Origin: Myxococcota bacterium
GTDB lineage: Bacteria > Myxococcota > JACRCW01
Reading direction: 5' to 3'
Assembly: GCA_040752415.1 (NCBI GenBank)
Contig: JBFMGU010000034.1
Span: 1 to 55,622 of the forward strand
Length of the DNA stretch: 55,622 nt
Shown here: piece by piece, positions 47,298 to 55,622 of the stretch
Layout: each line of letters opens with the position of its first letter
Numbering within the stretch: position 1 is the first letter of the stretch
Program-made: the position numbers and the translations under genes
The notes under the pieces: model-generated
Database searches by the model: none
What the model was told of the DNA's origin: nothing
Seen by the model: the letters and a program-made list of their open reading frames with translations, nothing else

Positions 47298-48805
47298 CGC
47301 TCCTCCCCCTGCTCAAACGCAGCAGCGGCGGCAACCCGGTCGTCGAAGGGGATCTTGCGGTCCGCGAAGATCTGCTCCCGCTCATGCCCCTTGCCGGCAA
47401 TGAGCACCACGTCACCCTTCCCCGCCGCGCGCACCGCCCGCGCAATCGCCACGGCGCGGTCCAGCTCCACGTGAACACCGTTGCCGCGCAGCGACTTCTC
47501 CAGTTTCACGACGTCACCCATGCCGCCCAGGATGGCGTCGGCAATGGCCTCGGGCTTCTCGGAGCGGGGATTGTCGTTGGTGAGCACGGCCACGTCGGAG
47601 AGGCGCGCGGCAATGGCGCCCATCTTGGGACGCTTGAGCGGGTCGCGGTCACCGCCGCAGCCAAAGATGCAGAACAGCCGGCCTCCGGTCGCCACGTAGG
47701 GCCGCACCGCCTCGAGCGCGCGCTCCAGCGCGTCGGGGGTGTGCGCGTAGTCGACGAGAACACGAGCCCCGCGCGGATGCTTCACCGCCTCCAGCCGACC
47801 CGGCACACCCTTCAGCTCGGCGGCGCCCTTGATGACGGCGTCAAGCCGGGTGCCGGTGCCCAGGTGCAGCGCGGCGGCGCCCAGCAGGTTGGCCACGTTG
47901 TAGGTGCCCACCAGCGGCGTGCGCAGCTCAAACCGGCCCATCTCGCCGTCGACGAGGATGCGCGTCCCCTCCTCATCCCAGTCCACGCGCTTGGCGGAGA
48001 GGCTGGCGTTCTTGCCGGTGGCGCTGATCGTCGCCACGCGACCCTTGCACTGGCCCACCAGCGTCGCCACGCGCTCGTCGTCAATGTTGAGGACGGCGGT
48101 GCCCACGGAGGGAAGCAGCTCGGTGAACAGCCGCGCCTTCGCCTGGAAGTACGCGTCCATCGTCTCGTGGAAGTCCAGGTGGTCCTGCGTGAAATTCGTG
48201 AAGATCGCGCCGCCGTAGCGCAGCCCGTCCACGCGGTGCAGCGCCAGCGCGTGGCTGGACACCTCCATGGCCGCGGTGCGCACGCCCTTCTGCACCATCT
48301 CGGCGAGCAGCGCGGAGAGCATCTCCGACGGCGGTGTGGTGTGCGTGGCGGGCCGCTCCTCGTCGCCAACGCGCACGGCGGTGGTGCCAATGAAGCCGGC
48401 CTTCTCACCCGCGGCGCGGGCCATGGCCTCCAGCAGGTGCGCGCTCGTGGTCTTGCCGTTGGTGCCGGTGACGCCCAGCAGACGCATCTTGCGGCTCGGG
48501 TTCCCGTGGAACGCCTCCGCCACGACGGAGAGCGCCAGCGGCACATCGCTCGCCACGACGTACGCCTTGGCCTTCTTCACCGCCGGCGTCGCCTCGCTGG
48601 CCAGCACGGCCGCGGCGCCATTCGCCAGCGCCTGCTCCACGAACTCCAGCCCGTGACGGCTCCTGGGCGTGGCGCCGGGCATGGCGACGAAGAGGTTTCC
48701 CGCCTTCACCGCGCGGCTGTCCTGCTGCACGCCGGTGATGTCGACGGAAGTGTTCCCCTGCACGGAGGCCACGGTCAGGTCCTGGAGGAGCGTGCGGAGC
48801 TGCAT
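47294..48805 (-). CDS. murE: UDP-MurNAc-dipeptide--meso-DAP ligase
   Basis: TGTNGKTT, MEVSSH, VDYAHTPD, DNPR, AGKGHE. Confidence 0.97.
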   Translation of the reverse strand: MQLRTLLQDLTVASVQGNTSVDITGVQQDSRAVKAGNLFVAMPGATPRSRHGLEFVEQALANGAAAVLASEATPAVKKAKAYVVASDVPLALSVVAEAFHGNPSRKMRLLGVTGTNGKTTSAHLLEAMARAAGEKAGFIGTTAVRVGDEERPATHTTPPSEMLSALLAEMVQKGVRTAAMEVSSHALALHRVDGLRYGGAIFTNFTQDHLDFHETMDAYFQAKARLFTELLPSVGTAVLNIDDERVATLVGQCKGRVATISATGKNASLSAKRVDWDEEGTRILVDGEMGRFELRTPLVGTYNVANLLGAAALHLGTGTRLDAVIKGAAELKGVPGRLEAVKHPRGARVLVDYAHTPDALERALEAVRPYVATGGRLFCIFGCGGDRDPLKRPKMGAIAARLSDVAVLTNDNPRSEKPEAIADAILGGMGDVVKLEKSLRGNGVHVELDRAVAIARAVRAAGKGDVVLIAGKGHEREQIFADRKIPFDDRVAAAAAFEQGEER

Positions 48806-50820
48806 CAGCCGTCCTCCTGGTGACCCAGCTTGAGCCGGATGGTGCGCTCGCCGCCCAGGGGCTTGCCCGCCTCGGGACGCTGCGCCACGACGACACCGGT
48901 GCCTTCCAGCGTGGGCTCCAACCCCACCGCCAGGGCCTCCTTGATGGCCGCGCGCGGGCTCTTGCCCATCAGGTCCGGCACCACCGCACCCTGCGCGGGG
49001 GCCGCGCCTCCCTCGTCAATTCCGTCCACCGGGTCGTCGGCGGCCAGGCGTGCAGCCAGGGCACGCGCACCCGCCAGCGCATCCGCGCTCGACGCCACCA
49101 CGGTGTCCGTCTTCTTGTCCTTCTCCTGCGCAACGGGCTGTTCCACGCCAACTCCCATGAGCGGGAGCGCGGCCATGGCAATCTCGCGGAAGGCCGGAGC
49201 GGCCACCACGCCGCCGTACGGAGAATCCTGCGGCTCATCCACCACGACGAAGATCACCAGCTTGGGATCCTTGGAAGGCGCCACGCCCACAAAGGACGCA
49301 ATGCGCTTGTCGCCATAACCACGCTGACCGGGATCCACTTTCTGCGCCGTCCCCGTCTTGCCCGCAACTTGCACACCGGGAACTGCAGCGAGAGGGGCCG
49401 TTCCGTCGGGGGCCACCACTTTCTCCATCGCCTTCAGCGTGAGCGCGGCGGCCTTGGCGCCCACCACCCGACGCAGCGCCACCGGACCCTTCTCCTCCAC
49501 CGTCTTTCCGTCGGCGCTGGCAATCTTCTCGACGAGACGCGGCTGCATCAGCACGCCCCCGTTGGCCACCGCCGCCACCGCGTTGATCATCTGGACGCCG
49601 CTGACGCTGATGCCCTGGCCGAACGAGATCGTCGCCAGCGCGGCGTCGCTCCAGCGCTCCGGCGCGGCCATGATTCCGGGCGTCTCGCCGTTGATGCCCA
49701 GGCCGGTGCGCTTGCCAAAGCCCCAGTCCGTCAGCGCCTTGCCCCAACGCCCGCGCCCCAGCTGCGTACCAATCTTCAACGCGCCGATGTTGCTGCTCTG
49801 CGCCAGCACCTGCTCGACGGTGAGGATGTCCGCCTTGTGCGTGTCGCGGATGCGGTGCCGACCCACGGCGTAGACACCGTTCTCGCAGTTGATGAGGTCG
49901 GTGAGCTTCACGATGCCGGCGTCCAGCGCGGAGGCCAGCAGCAGTACCTTCATCGTCGAGCCGGGCTCGAAAGCATCCACCACCGCGCGGTTCCGACGCG
50001 CCTCGCTCTTGGCGGCCTTGACGTCGTTGGGATTGAAGCCGGGGTAGTTGGCCAGGGCCAGGATGGCGCCGGTGCGCGGGTCCATCACCACGGCAAAGCC
50101 GCCCACCGCGCCGTGCTCGGTCACCGCGCGACCAATGGCCTGCTCGGCAATGAACTGGATCTGCGCGTCCAGGGTCAGCGTGAGCTCGTCGCCCACCAGC
50201 GTCTCGTTGCCCAACTCACCCATGAGCAGCCGGCCGCCGCGCGCGTCGCGGAACGCATCCACCTTGAGCGCCCGACCCGCCAGCCGCTCGTCGTACTCCG
50301 CCTCCATGCCCTCCAGGCCGTGCCCGTCGACGTTGGTGTACCCGAGCACGTGCGAGGCCAGCTCGCGGTTGGGATAGAACCGGCTGGACTCCTCGGTGAC
50401 GGCAATGCCGGGGATGGCCAGCTTGCGCACCGCGGTGGCCACTTCCGGCGTGACGCGACGCTTGAGCCAGGCAAACCCGCGCTCGGAGCGCAGCTTCTTC
50501 TCCAGCTCACCCACGGGCATGCCCAGCGGACGGGAGAGCGCCACCGCGGCGCCGCGCTTGTCGCCCACCCGACGAGGCTCCGCGTAGATGCTCGGCACCT
50601 TCAGGGACACCGCCAGCGGCCGACCCGCGCGGTCGACGATGTTGCCGCGCGGAGCGCTGAGCTGCATGGCGTGGAGGTACTGGTCCTCCGCCATGTCGCG
50701 CATTTCCTCGCCGTGACCGAGCTGGAGGGACGCCGCGCGGTACACCACGGCACACAGCGGCGCGAAGAGCAGTGCGGCCACCGCCAACAGGCGCGGGGAG
50801 AGCGTGGGAGCGGTCCTCAT
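48805..50820 (-). CDS. ftsI: Class B penicillin-binding protein FtsI with C-terminal PASTA-like domain
   Basis: RGNIVDR, EPGSTMK (SxxK), SSN, KTGTAQK. Confidence 0.95.
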   Translation of the reverse strand: MRTAPTLSPRLLAVAALLFAPLCAVVYRAASLQLGHGEEMRDMAEDQYLHAMQLSAPRGNIVDRAGRPLAVSLKVPSIYAEPRRVGDKRGAAVALSRPLGMPVGELEKKLRSERGFAWLKRRVTPEVATAVRKLAIPGIAVTEESSRFYPNRELASHVLGYTNVDGHGLEGMEAEYDERLAGRALKVDAFRDARGGRLLMGELGNETLVGDELTLTLDAQIQFIAEQAIGRAVTEHGAVGGFAVVMDPRTGAILALANYPGFNPNDVKAAKSEARRNRAVVDAFEPGSTMKVLLLASALDAGIVKLTDLINCENGVYAVGRHRIRDTHKADILTVEQVLAQSSNIGALKIGTQLGRGRWGKALTDWGFGKRTGLGINGETPGIMAAPERWSDAALATISFGQGISVSGVQMINAVAAVANGGVLMQPRLVEKIASADGKTVEEKGPVALRRVVGAKAAALTLKAMEKVVAPDGTAPLAAVPGVQVAGKTGTAQKVDPGQRGYGDKRIASFVGVAPSKDPKLVIFVVVDEPQDSPYGGVVAAPAFREIAMAALPLMGVGVEQPVAQEKDKKTDTVVASSADALAGARALAARLAADDPVDGIDEGGAAPAQGAVVPDLMGKSPRAAIKEALAVGLEPTLEGTGVVVAQRPEAGKPLGGERTIRLKLGHQEDG

Positions 50821-51170
50821 CGCTTCTCCTCCGACGACGAGGGCGCGCGCACCGTGGCCGCCGCCTGCGCGGGCACCATGCCCAGCTTGTTCACCGCCAG
50901 GTCCCGCAGCCGCGCTGGCGACTTCAGGAACCCGATCTCCACCTCCAGTGCGTTACGCTCCTGCACCAGCACGTCCTGCTCGTGGCGCAGCTTGCCCAGC
51001 TCGTAGCCCAGGTGCAGCGCGGCCACGCGCACCCACGCCAGGAACAGCACGGCGGACACCAGCATGACGGCGGCCACCATGTGCGTGCCCATGCCGGCGC
51101 CCGGCGCGACGTTCGCGCGCGTACGGGCGGAAGGGGTCTTGGCGGTCCGGGGCTGCGCGGCGGTCACCAT
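50817..51170 (-). CDS. ftsL: Cell division protein FtsL
   Basis: Single TM plus coiled coil, RL..LA..KLGM; between rsmH and ftsI; start MVTAAQ. Confidence 0.88.
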   Translation of the reverse strand: MVTAAQPRTAKTPSARTRANVAPGAGMGTHMVAAVMLVSAVLFLAWVRVAALHLGYELGKLRHEQDVLVQERNALEVEIGFLKSPARLRDLAVNKLGMVPAQAAATVRAPSSSEEKR

Positions 51171-52138
51171 GTGGCCACCTTCCCTTCCGGGTCCGCCACA
51201 CGCGTTGCGGCACGGAGCTTGGCGCTGCGCGCGCGCGGGTTGCGGGCGATCTCCTCGTCGGACGGCGTGATGGGCTTGCGGGTCAGCACCTCCAGGCGCG
51301 GCCAGCGACCACACGTGCACGCCGGCTGACGCGGCGGACAGATGCAGCCCTTCTCCTCTTGCTGGAAGGCGTGCTTGACCTTGCGGTCCTCCAGGCTGTG
51401 GAAGCTGATGAGCACCGCGCGACCACCCACCCCGAGCACGCGCGGCACCGCGGCCAGCAGCGCGTCCAGCTCGTCCATCTCGTGGTTCACGGCCAGGCGC
51501 AGGGCCTGGAAGGTGCGCGTGGCGGGATGCAGCCCGTCCTTGGAGCGCGGGACCACACGGGAGATGACCTCGGCGGCCTGGCGGGTGGTGCGCGGCGCGG
51601 CCTCCTTCAAAGCACGCGCCACCCGACGGCTGTGCCGCTCCTCTCCCAACTCGTAGATGACGTCGGCAAGCTCGCGCTCGGAGAGGCGGGCCACCAGGAC
51701 CCAGGCGGGGTCACCGCTGGTGGGATCCATGCGCATGTCCAGCGGGCCTTCCGCCTGGAAGCTGAATCCGCGCGCGGGATCGTCGAGCTGCGGGCTGCTC
51801 ACGCCCAGGTCGGCCAGCAGGCCGTGCACGGAGGCGACTCCGTGCTCACGCAGCACGGATTCCACCTCGGAGAACGGGCGCTGCACGGTCACCACGCGAC
51901 ACGCCACCTCACGCGTCCACGCCAGCGCCTCGGCGGTATGGGCCTGGGGATCGCGGTCCAGGGCCAGCAGCAGACCGCCGGCACCCAGTCGCGTCGCCAG
52001 CTCCCGGCTGTGCCCACCCCGCCCCAGCGTGCAGTCCACCACGCAGCCGCCCGGCGGGAGCGCCAGCCACTGCATGGCCTCCTGCAGCATCACCGGCACG
52101 TGGGCCGGCGGGGAGGATGGGGGGGGAACCTGCTGCAC
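51164..52138 (-). CDS. rsmH: 16S rRNA m4C1402 methyltransferase
   Basis: HVPVM, DCTLGRGGHS, DLGVSSPQLD, PLDMRM, FHSLEDR, NPRARSAKLR; start reassigned to GTG 52138. Confidence 0.96.
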   Translation of the reverse strand: MQQVPPPSSPPAHVPVMLQEAMQWLALPPGGCVVDCTLGRGGHSRELATRLGAGGLLLALDRDPQAHTAEALAWTREVACRVVTVQRPFSEVESVLREHGVASVHGLLADLGVSSPQLDDPARGFSFQAEGPLDMRMDPTSGDPAWVLVARLSERELADVIYELGEERHSRRVARALKEAAPRTTRQAAEVISRVVPRSKDGLHPATRTFQALRLAVNHEMDELDALLAAVPRVLGVGGRAVLISFHSLEDRKVKHAFQQEEKGCICPPRQPACTCGRWPRLEVLTRKPITPSDEEIARNPRARSAKLRAATRVADPEGKVATW

Positions 52139-52238
52139 CGCGAATGCTCCGTGAACCCTCAAGAAAGACAACACCCGTCGCTGGCCACTGCTGACCAGCC
52201 ACCCTGCCTGCGCTGCTCGTCGGCGCTTGAACGGCGCC

Positions 52239-52682
52239 TTACACGCCAAAGTTGGCCACGGCCTTCTGCACCATGGCGGTGTCCGCCTTCAGCTCATCCC
52301 AGTGCTTCTGCCACCCAGCTGCGCTCCAGATTTCCACCGTCTGAACCGTCCCCACAAAGACCACGTCCTTGTCGATTCCCACGTGCCGGCGCAGGTGCGG
52401 AGGAATGAGCATGCGTCCCTGCTTGTCCAACTCCACCTCCGCACTCTCTCCCGTCAGCAACCGACGCATCCGTTGGACCTGCGGATCGAACTGGGGCATT
52501 TGAGCGAGCTTGGCTTCCAGCTTCTCCCACTCCTTCAGCGGGAAGGCATGGATGCAGGGGTCAAACAGTTGCGTCAGCACCAGGGTGGTCTGCCCACCAG
52601 CCGCCAACAGCTCACGAAAACGCGCCGGGAAGGGCACGCGCCCTTTCTCGTCCACCGCGTTTTCGTGGCGTCCCCGAAACAT
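52239..52682 (-). CDS. mraZ: Transcriptional repressor MraZ
   Basis: MFRG, DEKGRV..PARFR, DKQGR..IP..LR, EIW. Confidence 0.97.
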   Translation of the reverse strand: MFRGRHENAVDEKGRVPFPARFRELLAAGGQTTLVLTQLFDPCIHAFPLKEWEKLEAKLAQMPQFDPQVQRMRRLLTGESAEVELDKQGRMLIPPHLRRHVGIDKDVVFVGTVQTVEIWSAAGWQKHWDELKADTAMVQKAVANFGV

Positions 52683-52710
52683 CCCCTATCCCTTCCCGCT
52701 CCTCCCCCCG

Positions 52711-52758
52711 CTCCCACTTTTTTCCCCGGTTGCTCCACAGTCCTCCACTTTCTCCCAC
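52711..52758 (-). promoter_or_regulatory. MraZ-binding repeats
   Basis: Minus strand GTGGGA-gaaa-GTGGAG-gact-GTGGAG-caac-CGGGGA-aaaaa-GTGGGA, about 10-nt period, between promoter and mraZ. Confidence 0.85.
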
Positions 52759-52769
52759 CGGCGAGGCGC

Positions 52770-52798
52770 ACCTTGCGACCACGAAAAAAGCAAGTCAA
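52770..52798 (-). promoter_or_regulatory. Sigma70-type dcw promoter
   Basis: TTGACT (52798-52793), 17-nt spacer, CAAGGT (52775-52770), directly upstream of the MraZ boxes. Confidence 0.65.
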
Positions 52799-53025
52799 CG
52801 GGAAAATCCCGTCGTGGACCGACCTTCAAGTGACGCCGCAAGCCACACAATTGGTGGAAACACAACAAACCAACGACCACTAGGTTTTGTGGTTTGCGAA
52901 GCAGAACAGACCTCAAGTGATCACTGCGCCGGAAGAACGGTCTTGCAGCAGGGGTTGATCTGTTTTCCCCACCTGCGCACGCGTTCAGAGAAAAGCGCTT
53001 TGGCGTGCCTGGTTTCCGGGCGTTG

Positions 53026-53062
53026 GTGGGGGCCGAGGGGGAGTCGGTGGGAGGCGGTGGAA
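53026..53062 (+). promoter_or_regulatory. Second MraZ-box-like array in opposite orientation
   Basis: GTGGGG (53026), degenerate AGGGGG (53036), GTGGGA (53047), GTGGAA (53057). Confidence 0.45.
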
Positions 53063-53250
53063 GGAAAACGCTCGGCTCTGGACTCCACCGGGGCTGTCCC
53101 CCTCCCCATCCCGCTCCCCATCCCGAAGGGCCGCGCGGCTTGCGGTTCTCCGCACGAGGCGAGTGGTGGGTGTCCCCGTCTCAACTTCCTTGACCGGCTC
53201 TGAGGCTCAAGCGTACGGTCCCGGCCACTTTGCGCCCGTCGGGAGCGGAC

Positions 53251-54417
53251 ATGCGCGTTGGCTTCTGGCTGTGTCTCTGTGGCGTGGTGACGGTGGCGCC
53301 CGGGGCGTCGGCCTTTTCCAATGACGTGGATATGAGCGGCCTTGCCAAGTGGGAAGGCAACTGCGACCCGTTTGGAAAAGCGGACTGCCAGCCGGCCAAG
53401 AAGGCGGACGCCGGCGGCACCCAGCGCGTCCAAGCCGACCAGGAGGCGTTTGACGGCCTGGTGGAGGAGCTGGCGGTGGTGATGGCGCCGCGGGACGTGG
53501 ACAGCGCGCGCACGCCCGGCCAGGCCGGCTTTGACGTGGGGCTGGACGTCACGCTCCACCACATCAACAACCACCACGACTATTGGGCCCGCTCGCTGGA
53601 GCGCAGCGCCCGCAAGGGCCCCAAGGACCTGGTCTACCCGTACATGGGCACGGCCCAGGCCACCCTGAAGAAGGGCCTGCCCTACTCGTTGGAGATTGGC
53701 GCGGGGCTCACCTACCTGATGGAGAGCCGCATCTTCGGCATGGGCGTGCTGGGGAAGTGGACCCTGAACGAGGGCTTCTTCTGGCTCCCCGACATCGCCC
53801 TGACCGGCTCCGCCAGCCATGTGCTCTGCGTGGGCCTCCCCACCACGCCGCCCACCGGCAACAGCACCTACACCACGCTCACCAGCTGCGGCACGGACCT
53901 CAACATGATCACCGCCAGCGGCGGCCTGGTCATCAGCAAGAGCTTTGCGTTCCTGGGCATGTTCACGCTGACGCCCTACGCGGGTTGGCAGAAGGTGTTC
54001 GTGCACGCGTTCGGCCCGGTGGTGGACTCGGACGAGAGCAACAACGACCGCACCGGGGACACCTTCCAGTTCCGCGACTACAAGATGTGGGGTGACTTCG
54101 TGGGTCAGCGGTGTGGGGAGGCGGACGCGGAGGTGACGGACTGCTTCCTGGACAAGGACGGCACGCCCCAGCTGGCCAACTTGTTCACCCACCGCAACAA
54201 GCTATATGCGGGGCTGCGGTTCCACTTCTCGGTGCTGCAGGCGCTGCTGCAGACGGAGGTCACCCACGTGCGCGGCACCCGGTTTGACGTGGCCTCCCCC
54301 ACCCTGCGCAGCTCCAACTCCGGCATCAGTGATGTGATTGTCCCGGACGCGCTCCAGGGGGTCACCACGCCGGACTTGCAGTACGCTGCCACGCTGCGGG
54401 TGGGGCTGTTGTTCTGA
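53251..54417 (+). CDS. Hypothetical exported protein, possible outer-membrane beta-barrel
   Basis: Signal peptide ending ASA; amphipathic strands (KGLPYSLEIG, KWTLNEG, LTPYAGW); C-terminal LRVGLLF. Confidence 0.72.
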   Translation: MRVGFWLCLCGVVTVAPGASAFSNDVDMSGLAKWEGNCDPFGKADCQPAKKADAGGTQRVQADQEAFDGLVEELAVVMAPRDVDSARTPGQAGFDVGLDVTLHHINNHHDYWARSLERSARKGPKDLVYPYMGTAQATLKKGLPYSLEIGAGLTYLMESRIFGMGVLGKWTLNEGFFWLPDIALTGSASHVLCVGLPTTPPTGNSTYTTLTSCGTDLNMITASGGLVISKSFAFLGMFTLTPYAGWQKVFVHAFGPVVDSDESNNDRTGDTFQFRDYKMWGDFVGQRCGEADAEVTDCFLDKDGTPQLANLFTHRNKLYAGLRFHFSVLQALLQTEVTHVRGTRFDVASPTLRSSNSGISDVIVPDALQGVTTPDLQYAATLRVGLLF

Positions 54418-54441
54418 AAGGCGTTGGCCAGGAAGGATCCC

Positions 54442-54633
54442 ATGTTTGGCGCAGGCGAGCTGTTCATTGTTTTCGTGATTCTGGTCCTGGTCTTTGGCTC
54501 CTCCAAGATCCCCCAGCTGGGCAAGGCGTTGGGTGAAGGCATCCGCAACTTCAAGAAGGCCACCACCCAGGATGACGCCATCGACGTCACCCCCAAGCTG
54601 GACAAGAAGCCGGAAGAGCCCAGCAAGACCTGA
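54442..54633 (+). CDS. tatA: Twin-arginine translocase TatA/E subunit
   Basis: MFGAGELFIVFVILVLVFGSSKIPQLGKALGEGIRNFKKA. Confidence 0.95.
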   Translation: MFGAGELFIVFVILVLVFGSSKIPQLGKALGEGIRNFKKATTQDDAIDVTPKLDKKPEEPSKT

Positions 54634-54660
54634 GCGTCCCCTCACCCACAACCTGCGGAA

Positions 54661-55500
54661 TCACTCCGGCTCGCGGTAGGTGGGCGGGTCCTGCTCCAGG
54701 TCATCATTGGCCGCCGCTCCTTCCACGCGCGTGTGGCTGCGACCTCGCGCGCTGGGCGGCTCCTTGGCGGGCGGTCGCTTGCGCGCGAACGCCACCGCCT
54801 GCTGCGCCACCTCGGCGTGCACCTTCCCGTCCACGGCCAGCGCGTGCAGGTCGGCCCGACTCATGAAGGGCAACAGTCGCAGCGCCACCTCGGTGGGCGT
54901 GAACGGGTTGAACACCAGCGCCCGCCGCACCGCGGCCCGCCGGGTCCACTTGTCGTTGCGCGCCACCTCGCGGAGCACGTCGGCCAGCGCGGGCCGGCGC
55001 GTGACGATCTTGAGGACGTCCTTCTCCGTGAGGCGCGGGTTGAGGAGCAGGTTGCGGATGACCCGCGGGTCCGGGTCGCGACTCAGCTTGTCCAGGTGGT
55101 GATGCTCCCCGCAGCGGGCCAACCACGTGCGCATGCCCAGCGTGTCGCTGCCCTCCGGCGCCCGACGCGGCTGCGGCGCTCGACGTTCCTGACGCGGCGG
55201 TGGCGCCAGGAGCAGGCGTTGCACCGCCACCAGCCCAGCCTGGGCCGCCGCCGTGTAGAGCTCGGTGAGTCGCTCGTAGGGGATGAGCTCCTCGGCGAGC
55301 ATGTCGTGCACCGCCAGCATGAACCGGGATGCCTCGGCGCTGCCCGTGCCCACCTGCTCATGCGCCTGCGCCAGCAGCGATACCGCCGTGGACGCATCCA
55401 GCCGGTGGAGGTCCTGCGCCAGCTGCTGTGGTGCAAGGCCGCTGGCATGCAGCGCGTTGATGCGAACCACCCAGACGCTGAGCATGCTGCCTTCGGCCAT
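54661..55500 (-). CDS. Hypothetical protein with helical-repeat-like C-half
   Basis: LSRDPDPRVIRNLLLNPRLTEKDV, VRRALVFNPFTP; typical codon bias. Confidence 0.75.
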   Translation of the reverse strand: MAEGSMLSVWVVRINALHASGLAPQQLAQDLHRLDASTAVSLLAQAHEQVGTGSAEASRFMLAVHDMLAEELIPYERLTELYTAAAQAGLVAVQRLLLAPPPRQERRAPQPRRAPEGSDTLGMRTWLARCGEHHHLDKLSRDPDPRVIRNLLLNPRLTEKDVLKIVTRRPALADVLREVARNDKWTRRAAVRRALVFNPFTPTEVALRLLPFMSRADLHALAVDGKVHAEVAQQAVAFARKRPPAKEPPSARGRSHTRVEGAAANDDLEQDPPTYREPE

Positions 55501-55523
55501 GGCTCCGTCCCGTGAAGGACAGT

Positions 55524-55622
55524 CTACTCCGGGTTCTTGCGCCCTCGACGCTTCCGCTTGCCCTTGGGGGGCGGAGGCGGCTCCTCCTTGGCCTCGCCGG
55601 CCGCGGCCTCGGCGGGAGGCGG
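55524..55622 (-). CDS. C-terminal end of a CDS entering from beyond the window
   Basis: Manual translation PPPAEAAAGEAKEEPPPPPKGKRKRRGRKNPE-stop (TAG at 55526-55524). Confidence 0.5.
   Translation of the reverse strand, partial: PPPAEAAAGEAKEEPPPPPKGKRKRRGRKNPE

Noticed and set aside
53102..53125. Tandem 12-mer ctccccatcccg x2
   Set aside because: Only two copies in a C-rich tract; no supportable function

Overview
High-GC chromosomal segment, most consistent with a myxobacterium (Myxococcota); the taxonomy is inferred from gene content and order. Two housekeeping blocks bracket the window: rimP-nusA-ylxR/L7Ae-infB (1-3471, minus) and a complete dcw cluster mraZ-rsmH-ftsL-ftsI-murE-murF-mraY-murD-ftsW-murG-murC-murB-ddl-ftsQ-ftsA-ftsZ (34341-52682, minus). 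Between them lie metG/ricT, an isolated nuoEF pair, cinA and accessory genes. No tRNA, rRNA, CRISPR array, integrase or transposase was recognised. Best leads: (1) a eukaryote-type N-terminal glutamine amidohydrolase (NTAQ1/WDYHV) divergent from a tandem Ddl-like ATP-grasp ligase plus DmpA peptidase, with eight GATC sites in the shared promoter region; (2) an integrase-free ~4.5 kb islet bounded by a duplicated gene 3' end and a broken hairpin, carrying a fibre-like adhesin, a partner lipoprotein and a GT87-like glycosyltransferase; (3) a ~220 nt highly structured leader ahead of rimP; (4) a dispersed REP-like palindromic repeat in three copies; (5) a second, inverted MraZ-box-like array. Family calls come from motif recognition only; no searches were run.
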